Below are positions 31,198-40,751 of a DNA stretch of 64,000 nucleotides, one piece after another (the first letter of the stretch is position 1; each line of letters opens with the position of its first letter). The stretch comes from an uncultured Clostridia bacterium. Its GTDB lineage: Bacteria; Bacillota; Clostridia; TANB77; CAG-508. Below the pieces are notes generated by a model. It saw nothing but the letters and a program-made list of their open reading frames with translations, did not search any database and was not told the origin of the DNA. Made by a program: the position numbers and the translations under genes. The stretch is taken from the NCBI GenBank assembly GCA_948735595.1, contig CAPXSA010000002.1, forward strand, positions 33,713-97,712. The letters run 5' to 3'.

Positions 31198-32046
31198 ATG
31201 GTATATGATGTAATTATTGTAGGAAGTGGACCTGCAGGAATTTCAGCTTCGTTATATGCTAAACGTAGAAAATTATCAGTTCTTGTTATTTCCAAAGGAA
31301 AAGGTGCTTTAGGAAAGACAGAGCAAATAGACAACTATTATGGATTTCCAAAAGGAATTTCAGGAAAAGAACTTTATCAAAATGGAATAGAACAAGCAAA
31401 AATATTAGGAATAGAAATAATAGAAGATGAAGTAGTGGCACTCAATTATTTGGAAAACTTTGAAGTAGAAACAGTTAATTCACAATATACCGCAAAATCT
31501 GTTATTCTAGCAACAGGAACGAATAGAGTAACTCCTAACATTAAAGGAATTCAAGAATTTGAAGGTAAGGGAGTTAGCTATTGTGCCATTTGCGATGCAT
31601 TTTTCTTTAAAGGCAAAGACGTAGTGGTTTTAGGAAATGGCAATTATGCAATTCACGAAATGGAACAATTAAAACCAGTAGTAGGGTCTATATCTATTTT
31701 AACAAATGGCGAAGAAATGATAGAAAATAGGGATGTAGAAGTAGAAATTGATAGTAGGAAAATTAGAGAATTTAGAGGAGAAGATAAGCTAGCAGAAATA
31801 GAATTTGAAGATAATACGAAAAGAAAAGTACATGGAGTATTTGTAGCAGTAGGTACTGCTTCAAGTAATGATTTAGCTAGAAAAATTGGAGCAAGAATAG
31901 AAAACAATCATATCGCTGTTAATGAAAATATGGAAACAACGATACCAGGGCTATTTGCTTGTGGAGACTGCACAGGAGGCTTACTTCAAATTAGTAAAGC
32001 AGTTTACGAAGGAGCAAAAGCAGGGTTGACAGTATTAAAAAAGTAG
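31198..32046 (+). CDS. trxB: thioredoxin reductase-like FAD/NAD(P)-dependent oxidoreductase
   Basis: 282 aa; FAD-binding GSGPAG, redox CAICD, second dinucleotide fold; immediately upstream of trxA. Confidence 0.55.
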   Translation: MVYDVIIVGSGPAGISASLYAKRRKLSVLVISKGKGALGKTEQIDNYYGFPKGISGKELYQNGIEQAKILGIEIIEDEVVALNYLENFEVETVNSQYTAKSVILATGTNRVTPNIKGIQEFEGKGVSYCAICDAFFFKGKDVVVLGNGNYAIHEMEQLKPVVGSISILTNGEEMIENRDVEVEIDSRKIREFRGEDKLAEIEFEDNTKRKVHGVFVAVGTASSNDLARKIGARIENNHIAVNENMETTIPGLFACGDCTGGLLQISKAVYEGAKAGLTVLKK

Positions 32047-32097
32047 AATATTATAATAAAAATAGTATAAAATAATAAAGAGAAGGAGAGATGAAAA

Positions 32098-32409
32098 ATG
32101 TCAGTAATAACAGTAAACAATGAAAATTTTGAAAAGGAGATTTTACAATCAAGAATGCCAGTCTTATTAGACTTTTGGGCAACTTGGTGTGGACCATGTA
32201 GAATGATGTCACCAGTAGTAGATGAAATTGCAGAAAGTATGAATACTTCCATTAAGGTAGGAAAAATCAATATTGATGAATGCCAAAATTTGGCTGAAAA
32301 GTATGGGGTTATGAGTATTCCTACATTTGTAGTATTAAAAGATGGAGTAGAAACTGGAAGAACAGTAGGAGTTCAATCAAAAGAAGAAATTGTAAAACTT
32401 TTAAAATAG
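32098..32409 (+). CDS. trxA: thioredoxin
   Basis: 103 aa with WCGPC active site. Confidence 0.85.
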   Translation: MSVITVNNENFEKEILQSRMPVLLDFWATWCGPCRMMSPVVDEIAESMNTSIKVGKINIDECQNLAEKYGVMSIPTFVVLKDGVETGRTVGVQSKEEIVKLLK

Positions 32410-32447
32410 CACTTGACGACATAGCAAAAAGCGCGTATAATAAATAA

Positions 32448-32690
32448 TAGTTGAAATAAGAAAAACAGAAATGAGACAGAGTAAAATCAAGGTTGTGGAA
32501 AGAGAGAATTAGTTACCAGCTGAAAGCTAATTTACAAAAACAGATTTGAAAAACTACCTCATTTGTTCCTAGCAAAAAACTAGGCGTAAAATCTGCGTTA
32601 AAGAAAATAAAGTAAAATTAAGGGATGGAACCGTGTAAATAAGCACTCCTTTTAACTAAGAGATTAGTTAAAAGGAGTGCTTTTTTTGTT
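32448..32690 (+). promoter_or_regulatory. T-box leader (Thr-specific) with terminator, upstream of thrS
   Basis: promoter TTGACG(32413)-17-TATAAT(32436); T-box-like AATTAAGGGATGGAACCGTG at 32616-32635; terminator AGCACTCCTTTT...AAAAGGAGTGCTTTTTTT at 32642-32688; ACC triplet in candidate specifier region. Confidence 0.65.
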
Positions 32691-32762
32691 ATTAAGGTGT
32701 GTCCCCAACATGACAAAAGTGGCAGAAAAAGGAACGTCCCCAATATGACAAGGAGGAAAAAT

Positions 32763-34679
32763 ATGGTAAAAGTAGAATTAAAAGATGGTTCTAAAATAGA
32801 AGTACAAGAAGGTAGTTCTATTTTAGAAGTGGCAAAACAAATTAGTGAAGGTCTAGCTAGAAATGCGATGGCTGGAAAAATCAATGGTGAAGTGAAAGAT
32901 TTAAGAACAGCAATTAACGAAGATTGTAAATTAGAAATTATGACTTTTGATAATGAAGAAGGTAAAAAAGCATTTTGGCATACAACTTCACATATTATGG
33001 CACAAGCTGTAAAGAGGCTTTATGGAGATAATGCCAAACTAACAATAGGACCTTCTATTGATAATGGTTTCTATTATGACTTTGACGTAGAAAAACCATT
33101 TACAGAAGAAGATTTAGCCAAAATTGAAGAAGAAATGAAAAAGATTGTGAAAGAAAATTTAGAACTTACAAGATATACTCTTCCAAGAAGTGAAGCTATC
33201 AAACTAATGGAAGAAAGAAAAGAGCCATATAAAGTTGAATTGATTGAGGAATTACCAGAGGGTGAAGAAATTAGTTTTTATGACCAAGGAGAATTTAAAG
33301 AGTTATGTGCAGGACCACATATTATGAGTACAGGAGGAGTAAAAGCTTTCAAATTATTAAATTCTTCATCAGCTTATTGGAGAGGTGATGAAACAAAACA
33401 AACACTTCAAAGAATTTATGGTATTTCTTTCCCTAAAGCTAGCATGTTAGAAGAATATTTATTTATGTTAGAAGAAGCAAAGAAAAGAGATCATAGGAAA
33501 TTAGGAAAAGAATTAGATTTATTCTTCTTTGATGAAACTGCGCCAGGTATGGCTTATTGGATGCCAAAGGGCTTTACTATGATGAATGTGCTAATTGACT
33601 TATGGAGAAAAGAACATAAAAAAAGAGGATATCAAGAATTTTCTGGTCCACAATTAAATAGTAGCGTACTATGGAAGACTTCAGGTCATTGGGACCATTA
33701 TAAAGAGGATATGTTTGTATTAACAGATGCTGATGGGAACGAACAAGCATTAAAGCCAATGAACTGTCCAAACTCTATCAAAATTTATCAAAGCAAACTA
33801 AGAAGTTACAAAGACTTACCACTTCGCTTTAGTGATATTGATGTTATTCATAGAAATGAAAAATCTGGTCAATTAAACGGACTATTTAGAGTAAGAATGT
33901 TTAGGCAGGATGATTCTCACAATTATGTAATGGAATCTCAAATTAAAGATGAGATTAAAGAAATTTTAGAGATCGCCAAAAAACTATACAACATTTTTGG
34001 ACTAGACTTCATTCTAACTCTATCTACTAGACCAGATGACTACATGGGTGAATTAAGTTTATGGGATAAAGCAGAAGCAGACTTAAAAGATGTGTTAGAT
34101 GAAATTTGTGGAAGGGATAATTATCGTATCAATGAAGGTGATGGAGCATTCTATGGCCCTAAGATTGATATTAAAATGAAGGACTGTTTAGGAAGAGAGT
34201 GGCAAATGGGAACTGTACAAGTAGACTTCCAATTACCATTAAGATTTAATTTAAGCTATATTGACTCTGATGGAGAAAAGAAAACTCCAATTATGATACA
34301 CAGAGCATTATTTGGTTCTTTTGAAAGATTTATTGGTATTTTAACCGAACATTATGCAGGTGCATTTCCAACATGGCTTTCACCAGTACAAGTAAGATTA
34401 CTTCCTATTGCAGATAGCCATAAAGAATATGCAAACAAAGTAGCAGAAGAAATAGATAAAGCCGGAATTCGTGTAGAAGTAGATGAAAGACAAGAAAAAA
34501 TTGGCTACAAAATACGTGAAGCACAACTTCAAAAAATACCATATATGTTAATTTTAGGAGATAAAGAAGTTGAGGGCAATAGCGTTGGTGTTAGATCAAG
34601 AACAGAAGGAGATATTGGACAAATAACAATAGAAGAGTTTATTACTAAGATAAAACAAGAGGTAGAAAACTACAAATAA
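32763..34679 (+). CDS. thrS: threonine--tRNA ligase
   Basis: ORF 32697..34679; ATG 32763 after RBS AGGAGGAAAA; TGS, editing, class II catalytic and anticodon-binding domains across 639 aa. Confidence 0.9.
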   Translation: MVKVELKDGSKIEVQEGSSILEVAKQISEGLARNAMAGKINGEVKDLRTAINEDCKLEIMTFDNEEGKKAFWHTTSHIMAQAVKRLYGDNAKLTIGPSIDNGFYYDFDVEKPFTEEDLAKIEEEMKKIVKENLELTRYTLPRSEAIKLMEERKEPYKVELIEELPEGEEISFYDQGEFKELCAGPHIMSTGGVKAFKLLNSSSAYWRGDETKQTLQRIYGISFPKASMLEEYLFMLEEAKKRDHRKLGKELDLFFFDETAPGMAYWMPKGFTMMNVLIDLWRKEHKKRGYQEFSGPQLNSSVLWKTSGHWDHYKEDMFVLTDADGNEQALKPMNCPNSIKIYQSKLRSYKDLPLRFSDIDVIHRNEKSGQLNGLFRVRMFRQDDSHNYVMESQIKDEIKEILEIAKKLYNIFGLDFILTLSTRPDDYMGELSLWDKAEADLKDVLDEICGRDNYRINEGDGAFYGPKIDIKMKDCLGREWQMGTVQVDFQLPLRFNLSYIDSDGEKKTPIMIHRALFGSFERFIGILTEHYAGAFPTWLSPVQVRLLPIADSHKEYANKVAEEIDKAGIRVEVDERQEKIGYKIREAQLQKIPYMLILGDKEVEGNSVGVRSRTEGDIGQITIEEFITKIKQEVENYK

Positions 34680-34688
34680 AATAAAAAA

Positions 34689-34715
34689 GGAGCCACCAAA
34701 ACGGTAGCTCCTTTT
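34689..34715 (+). terminator. rho-independent terminator after thrS
   Basis: GGAGCCACCaaaacGGTAGCTCCTTTT. Confidence 0.6.
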
Positions 34716-34716
34716 G

Positions 34717-35010
34717 CTTGGATTAGTGGAGCGCAAGCATATAGGGCGTGGCCAGTCTGTCAACAGTTAAAAGAGAGTCGGGACGGTTGAAATCATAGCG
34801 CAACTGCCCGGGGGACTCTTCTTTTAACTTGCCGCCAACTTCCTCTACTTGGTCCATAAATTCCACCAATTGGTGGTCAGGGACAGTGCAGACGTAGAGA
34901 CCTATTGTGGTTTCTTCGTCTTGCGAGGTAGCAGGGCTAACGAAAAACAGCGATACCTTTGTGGAAGTGCCAACCGAAGAATCTTGCTGCTGATCCATAT
35001 TACCACTCCA
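34717..35010. other. GC-rich (~50% GC) ~290-nt island in 28%-GC context: candidate structured ncRNA of unknown identity (alternatively a foreign 91-aa ORF on the minus strand)
   Basis: compositional jump; internal palindromes CCACCAATTGGTGG and GTTAAAAGAGAGTC...GACTCTTCTTTTAAC; minus-strand ORF 34723..34998 uses GC-rich codons atypical for the genome. Confidence 0.3.
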
Positions 35011-35190
35011 ATCAAATAAAATGGCTTGTCTATTTTAGACAAAAGCACTAACAGTATATCACATTATGTTAAGAACGTCAAATTCATAAAAATATGTTGT
35101 AAATCAAAATACTTTTATGATATACTTTCAAAAGAGAAATTCCACTTAAAGTGGAATAGACGATAAATTGGAAAGAGGAAAAACATAGAA

Positions 35191-37521
35191 ATGCCTAAAA
35201 ATACAGAAGAAAATCAAGATAAAATGAAAGAGAAATTAGCTTATTTAGGACTTAATTTAACAAGAATACCTAAAATCTTAAAAGAATTCACACCAATTAG
35301 TTACAGACCAACTAAATCTTATGATGACACAAGCTATAAGGTGTATCAATATATTCCAGTTTGTGATATTCAAATTTTGCTAACGCCAACACACCGATTA
35401 GCAGAGTTAAATCAAAAATATAAATTATCAGCACCCATAGGAACTTATCTAGATACAAAATCAGAGGAAAATATTGAGAGATTTGCAACATTTCTAACAA
35501 TGCTAGGTGGCATGAAAGAGGGCGAAATTGAAGAACTAGAAAAAGAACAAGAAAAATTAAAGCAAATGCTTCCTTATGAAATCAAATATTCTCATAACTA
35601 TATTTGGCAAATTTTTTATTCAGAAGTTTCAAATAAATACTTTATGCTAGTACCAACAAATGAAACGAATAACAATGCATTTTTCTATTTACTAAAAAAG
35701 CAAATAGCATGTAGCAAATCTCGAAAAAAAGAATATATCTTTGCACCAGTAACCCATCAAGATTATTCAGGACGCTACTTAGTACAAAGCCAAATAACAG
35801 ATATTGAAAACTATTTATGGTATTTCACGAAAGAATGGCCTAATATTTATGAAGTATATGAGATGAAAGGCAAAATGACTTTGAAAATAGTAGGAAAGAC
35901 GAAAGTATATGGAGAGGTAAAAAGTGATTATGTCATCACTTTAGAAACAAAAGAGCAAGCAATAGAGTGGTACAAATTAATGAAAGCACTTTTCATTTTA
36001 GCAACAGGTTTGCCTAATGATTATCAGTTTCAAACAGCTATTTCAGAGCAAGGAGAATTAGAGTTCTTACATAAAGAAAAAATAAAAATGGAATATACCA
36101 CTTTGCCACTTTTCATCAGAGAACAAGTAGAACTAAAGAAGCTTTTAGTAGTAGAAGAAGATCAAAGATTAGTAGAGGAACAAGAAAAACTACAAGACTT
36201 AAAAAAGATTACAGAAAGTCAAACAGAAGAATATTTAACAAAACAACGTCAAATTGCTACTTTTTTAGAATGTAAAAAGACTTTTTTTGGAAAGATTAAA
36301 TACTATTTTGGAACTCGCAAAAAGCATCAAGGCAGTGTGGAAAGCCATCAGAATAAAATAGAATTAGAAGAAAAGAAAAAGGAAGAGATTAAGCAAGAAA
36401 TAAAAGAAGAGGCAAAAGAAAACTATACTATTGAAGATTTAATTGAAATTTGTACAAAACTAGATGGCAGAAAGAAAATGGTTAAAAATCTGCAAATGGA
36501 TAAAAAAGCATTAGAATTAAAGAGAATTAACTTAGAACGAAAAATTAAAAATGCAAATATCTACTTAAATGAGATTGAACTACATAAAAAAAGTATTTTT
36601 GAATTTTGGAAGTTTACGAATAAAGATGAATTACCAAGCTTAAATGAAGGTGAAGAAGAAGACGGAAGTGAAAAAGAGAAAATAGGAAAGAGCTTCGTAT
36701 TTGAAGAAGATATAGAAAGCTTAGGAAAGCAAATGGATGAATTACAAAGAAGGAAACTTTCTAAAAATGAAACTGACGCTATTTTTGCTGTACAACATGC
36801 AATAGATTCTTGTCAAATCTTGATGAAGACAAATAGCAAGGATTTAAAACCAAAAGAATTAGCTAAAATACAAGCGGGATTAGATAATTTAAAAACAGAA
36901 TATGAGGGGAATATAGAAACAATTGAATTGAAAGATTTTGATGTTTTTGGTGGAATGATAGAAGACAGCACGAAGGTAAAGCTATTACATAATGAAAAAC
37001 ATCGTGAGATAGAAAAAGATAAGTACAAAGTGCTAAACATTACGCCAAATACAGAACTAAAAGTGTTTATTGACAATTTAAGAAATAGCTTAAAATTAGT
37101 AAAAGAAGCATTCTGCAAGATTACGACTCCATTTGAAATGCCAGTCTATATGGCAAATACAAAGCAAGTGGAAATGGATAATTTAAATATTGCAAACTTA
37201 AATGCAACTGAAGAACTATATCAGACAGTGGCAAAAATGCAAGAAGGAGAAAAGCTATATTTCTATACCATACAACTACCAAAAGGTGCTCCATTAATTT
37301 ATGATACGAACATTACACAATATGATAACTTTAATCAAACTTTGCCAGTTGGCATGGATGTAACAACAAAAGTGTTGATTAATTTGGAAGACTATAAACT
37401 AGTCAATAAACATGAAAAGCAAATTCGTATTAACTATCAAGAAGATGAATATGTAAATCGAGTAGTTGAAGTACAAGTAGTAGATTATGAAGCTAAGCTA
37501 TTGCAAAAAGAAAACACGTAG
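35191..37521 (+). CDS. large hypothetical protein, coiled-coil rich (776 aa)
   Basis: long ORF, charged K/E-rich coiled-coil central region, no domain recognised. Confidence 0.5.
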   Translation: MPKNTEENQDKMKEKLAYLGLNLTRIPKILKEFTPISYRPTKSYDDTSYKVYQYIPVCDIQILLTPTHRLAELNQKYKLSAPIGTYLDTKSEENIERFATFLTMLGGMKEGEIEELEKEQEKLKQMLPYEIKYSHNYIWQIFYSEVSNKYFMLVPTNETNNNAFFYLLKKQIACSKSRKKEYIFAPVTHQDYSGRYLVQSQITDIENYLWYFTKEWPNIYEVYEMKGKMTLKIVGKTKVYGEVKSDYVITLETKEQAIEWYKLMKALFILATGLPNDYQFQTAISEQGELEFLHKEKIKMEYTTLPLFIREQVELKKLLVVEEDQRLVEEQEKLQDLKKITESQTEEYLTKQRQIATFLECKKTFFGKIKYYFGTRKKHQGSVESHQNKIELEEKKKEEIKQEIKEEAKENYTIEDLIEICTKLDGRKKMVKNLQMDKKALELKRINLERKIKNANIYLNEIELHKKSIFEFWKFTNKDELPSLNEGEEEDGSEKEKIGKSFVFEEDIESLGKQMDELQRRKLSKNETDAIFAVQHAIDSCQILMKTNSKDLKPKELAKIQAGLDNLKTEYEGNIETIELKDFDVFGGMIEDSTKVKLLHNEKHREIEKDKYKVLNITPNTELKVFIDNLRNSLKLVKEAFCKITTPFEMPVYMANTKQVEMDNLNIANLNATEELYQTVAKMQEGEKLYFYTIQLPKGAPLIYDTNITQYDNFNQTLPVGMDVTTKVLINLEDYKLVNKHEKQIRINYQEDEYVNRVVEVQVVDYEAKLLQKENT

Positions 37522-37608
37522 TTATTTATTCGAATAACTGACTAAATGGGGGCAACTGAAAGAAAATATAGGTTGATTTAACAATTAGCCTAACAAGGAG
37601 GTTGTCAA

Positions 37609-37938
37609 ATGGAAAGAAAAGAAGAGTTAGGGGCAAAGAGAAATACAGATTTAGGTTTGGGAGTAATTGCTCAAAGTTGGATACAAAGTTTTTTAAAACA
37701 AATTGCAGAAAGGCTAGAGAGAATGGAAGAAGTATTAGTAGTAGATAGAATAGAAGGAGATATTGCAGTCTGTGAAAATAGGAAAACAGGGAAAATGCAG
37801 AATATTTATAGGTCAGAATTGCCCGAAGATATTCAAGAAGGCAATATTCTAAAATGGCAAAATGGAAAATATGAGATAGATACTTCAAAGGGGATTGAAA
37901 ACAGAATAGAACAAAAAATGAAAGATGTGTGGAAATAA
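37609..37938 (+). CDS. DUF3006-family protein
   Basis: 109 aa; ..VVDRIEGDIAVCENRKTGKMQNIYRSELPEDIQEGNIL.. matches DUF3006, commonly found upstream of ComEC-like MBL hydrolases. Confidence 0.5.
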   Translation: MERKEELGAKRNTDLGLGVIAQSWIQSFLKQIAERLERMEEVLVVDRIEGDIAVCENRKTGKMQNIYRSELPEDIQEGNILKWQNGKYEIDTSKGIENRIEQKMKDVWK

Positions 37939-37941
37939 TTT

Positions 37942-38883
37942 ATGGGAAGAAAAATAAAAAAGCAAAGTAAGTTAATCATATACTTGTTATCCATCATTAT
38001 TGTCAGTATCTTATCTTTTGTAGGAATCGAATATGGCACAACTGAAACAGTGGGTAACACTATGCCCATTAACATTGTCAAGCCAGAAAATCTGCAAAAT
38101 ATAACGATTAAGATTGGTCCTACAATTACAAAAGATTTTCTATCAGAAACGAAGCAGAATTTAAAAGTGTATTTTTTTGATGTAGGACAGGCAGATAGTA
38201 TTTTAGTCATGAATGAAGGGCAAACAATGTTGATTGATGCAGGAAATAATGATGATGGAGAAATGTTAGTGCAAAATTTGAAAACATTAGGAATTGATAA
38301 AATAGACTATTTAATTGGCACACATCCACATGAAGACCATATTGGAGGGCTAGATGATATTATTAAGAACTTTGAAATAGGTACCATTTATATGCCAAAG
38401 GTACAAACGAATACAAAAACTTTTGAAGATGTATTAGATGCAATTAGCGAAAAAGATCTAAAAGTTACAACACCAAAAGTGAAAGATACTTTTCAGGTAG
38501 GACAAGCAGAATGTCAAATTTTATCAGTGGATAATAAGGCGGAGAATTTAAACCTTGCTTCTATTGTCATTCAAATGAAATTTGATGATATGACTTATTT
38601 ATTTACAGGAGACGCTGAAAAAGAAGTAGAAGAAAAAATATTAAAAGATAATAAAGAACTAAAAGTTAATATCTTAAAAGTAGGACATCATGGGTCAGAA
38701 ACGAGCAGTAGTGAAAGATTTATACAAACCGTAGCACCTGAAATTTCAATTATTTCAGTAGGAAAGGACAATTCTTATGGGCACCCACATCAAGAGATAT
38801 TAGATAGATTAGAAGAGGCTGATAGCAAAATTTATCGAACAGATGAAGTAGGAAATGTATTTATAGAGCAGAAAAAGAACTAA
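37942..38883 (+). CDS. MBL-fold metallo-hydrolase, ComEC/Rec2 C-terminal-domain-like, membrane-anchored
   Basis: 313 aa; N-terminal TM; HPHEDHIGG and ..VGHHGSETSS.. beta-lactamase-fold motifs. Confidence 0.7.
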   Translation: MGRKIKKQSKLIIYLLSIIIVSILSFVGIEYGTTETVGNTMPINIVKPENLQNITIKIGPTITKDFLSETKQNLKVYFFDVGQADSILVMNEGQTMLIDAGNNDDGEMLVQNLKTLGIDKIDYLIGTHPHEDHIGGLDDIIKNFEIGTIYMPKVQTNTKTFEDVLDAISEKDLKVTTPKVKDTFQVGQAECQILSVDNKAENLNLASIVIQMKFDDMTYLFTGDAEKEVEEKILKDNKELKVNILKVGHHGSETSSSERFIQTVAPEISIISVGKDNSYGHPHQEILDRLEEADSKIYRTDEVGNVFIEQKKN

Positions 38884-39081
38884 AAATAGAATGATTATGA
38901 GTGTTACAAATTATACTATTGGACATGAAAAATGCCAATAGTATATTCTAAGCATTTTCTTGCAGTATTAGAACATATATCTTTTAAATTTGTCAAAACA
39001 AATAAGTTAAAATTAATAAATATATTGAAAATATGAAAAATAGTTGATATAATGTAGAAAAGGCATGGAGGCTTAATATAA

Positions 39082-39582
39082 ATGAAAGAAGATATAAGTG
39101 AATTTTTAAAAGTAGCGTATAAAACTAATAGAGTTAGAAATTTAAATGAGGCTTTTGAAGAATATCCAGTAGAAGAAGAATGGCACAAAGGTAAAGTAGA
39201 AAATATATTAAGAGAAGAAGAGGCTGCTTATAACTCTAACTATGAAATTGGAGATATTGTTTTCGTAAAAGAATATCAATATTCTAATGAGAAAAAAGGA
39301 AATAACCATTTATTTGTAATTATAGATCAAGATAATACAGCCGTTCCTATTGAAAATTTTGGAATGTTGATATCTTCAAATTTAGAAAAACTAAAATTTA
39401 CTTCTAATAAATTATTAGAAAAAGATAAAATAAATCATCTTCATAAAAATAGTTTAGTAAAGACAGATATTGTATATAAAATAATGAATGAACAAATTGC
39501 TTTTAAAATTGGAAAAGTAGATAATGAAAAGATAGAAGAATATAAGGAAAGTTTTTATAATATAGTAAAAAATAGCAATTAA
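39082..39582 (+). CDS. hypothetical protein; central segment resembles the PemK/MazF-like SH3-barrel
   Basis: 166 aa; ..IGDIVFVKEYQYSNEKKGNNHLFVIIDQDN.. reminiscent of the MazF/PemK 'GDIv.v.f....g.e..g.RPavvv' pattern; no adjacent antitoxin candidate. Confidence 0.3.
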   Translation: MKEDISEFLKVAYKTNRVRNLNEAFEEYPVEEEWHKGKVENILREEEAAYNSNYEIGDIVFVKEYQYSNEKKGNNHLFVIIDQDNTAVPIENFGMLISSNLEKLKFTSNKLLEKDKINHLHKNSLVKTDIVYKIMNEQIAFKIGKVDNEKIEEYKESFYNIVKNSN

Positions 39583-39598
39583 GTCCAATATGATAAAT

Positions 39599-39642
39599 AA
39601 AGATACATTGCAAATAGTAAAAAATAAAGCAATGTATCTTTT
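39599..39642. terminator. bidirectional terminator between convergent genes
   Basis: 13-bp stem AAAGATACATTGC...GCAATGTATCTTT. Confidence 0.65.
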
Positions 39643-39650
39643 CTGTACTC

Positions 39651-40350
39651 TTATTCTCTAATTTCTTTTGCTAGCTTTCCAATGGCTTTTGTTTCAATAC
39701 GAGAAACATAGGAACGAGAAATTCCCATACTGTCTGCAATTTCATTTTGGGTTTGAGGCTTTTGACCACCTAAGCCAAAGCGAAGTTCTAAGATAGTTCT
39801 CTCACGAGATTTTAAGACATCTTTCATTTTTTCATAAAGTTGTTTTACTTTGAATTTCAAATCAACTTCATCTTCAATATTTCTATCACTATTTTCTAAT
39901 ACCTCTTGTAATGTTACGGTATTATCGTCCTTATCTTTTCCAATAGGGTCTTCTAAGTAAACTTCAGAGTTTAATTTCTTCGTACTACGTAGATACATTA
40001 AAATTTCGTTATCAATGCAACGAGCGACATAGGTTGCAAGTTTAATTCCTTTAGAATTATCAAAACTATTAATTCCTTTGATAAGCCCAATAGAACCAAT
40101 AGAAATTAAATCATCAGGGTCGATATTAGTAGAACTGTATTTTTTTGCAATATGAGCAACTAGTCTCAAATTATGTTCAATTAAGATGTTTCTAGCTTCT
40201 TCATCACCATTTTTGAAGAGTTCTAAATATTTTTTCTCATCATCACTATTTAATGGTTCGGGAAATAAAGAATTATTTGAAATATATCCGAGTTAAGCAA
40301 ACTGCAGATTGTAAAAAAGCAATAAAACTAGCAAGAGAAAGAGCCAACAT
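39651..40350 (-). pseudogene. sigK: sporulation sigma factor SigK (pro-sigma-K), 1-nt frameshift in propeptide region near 40290
   Basis: ORF 39651..40169 encodes regions 2-4 (..LVAHIAKKY..DLISIGSIGLIKGINSF..); upstream frame gives ISNNSLFPEPLNSDDEKKYLELFKNGDEEARNILIEHNLRLVAHI; ATG at 40350 (RBS GGAGG) gives MLALSLASFIAFLQSAVCL.. in a different frame; deleting one base near TTAACTCGG joins them into a canonical pro-sigma-K. Confidence 0.7.
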
Positions 40351-40484
40351 AAACATACCTCCAAATCGATATATAAGAAGTATATGTTTGGAAAATGGTA
40401 ATCGTGCCTGACCGAAAAAAATAAAATTCTTGTGAAAAAATATTGCTATTTTTTCATTTCTTTGGTATTATGATAGAGTCATAT

Positions 40485-40525
40485 GCTGATGTGGCGAAAT
40501 TGGTATACGCACTGGATTCAAAATC
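40485..40525 (+). pseudogene. 5' half of disrupted chromosomal tRNA-Leu(CAA) (acceptor 5' strand, D-arm, anticodon stem 5' strand and loop)
   Basis: GCTGATGTGGCGAAATTGGTATACGCACTGGATTCAAAATC then diverges; pairs perfectly with the 3' half at 52087..52138. Confidence 0.75.
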
Positions 40526-40664
40526 TAAATGGATTTTTAAATATGTAAATCTTAAATATATTGAAAAATAGTAATGTTTAGATATTTGCTAGTGCCGAAA
40601 TTAGTTCCAACATCTAACAAATATCTAACATAATTGTAAAACGCCTAATTTTTATAAAATATAT

Positions 40665-40747
40665 GTCGATGTGGCGAAATTGGTATACGCACAGGTCTCA
40701 AAAACCTGCGGGAAACCATGTGGGTTCGATTCCCACCATCGACACCA
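40665..40747 (+). tRNA. tRNA-Leu (anticodon CAA), element-borne replacement copy
   Basis: GTCGATGTGGCGAAATTGGTATACGCACAGGTCTCAAAAACCTGCGGGAAACCATGTGGGTTCGATTCCCACCATCGACACCA; long variable arm; acceptor and anticodon stems self-consistent but differ from the disrupted chromosomal gene. Confidence 0.85.
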
Positions 40748-40751
40748 TAAC

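Noticed and set aside
34717-35010. GC-rich island as RNase P RNA or SRP RNA
   Set aside because: Neither strand contains the universal RNase P P4 sequence GGAAAGUCC, nor the SRP domain-IV motif GGUCCGGAAGGAAGCAGC. The length also fits 6S RNA poorly. Left as an unidentified element.
39651-40350. sigK interrupted by a skin-like prophage element
   Set aside because: The coding sequence is contiguous apart from a 1-nt frame change in the propeptide. No kb-scale insertion or recombinase gene lies within it.
40665-40747. Element tRNA-Leu as a hybrid reconstituted attL tRNA with the 52087-52138 copy as simple 3'-end duplication
   Set aside because: The 3' fragment at attR differs from the element tRNA in both anticodon stem and acceptor stem. 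Instead it pairs exactly with the orphan 5' half at 40485-40525, so the chromosomal gene was split rather than reconstituted.
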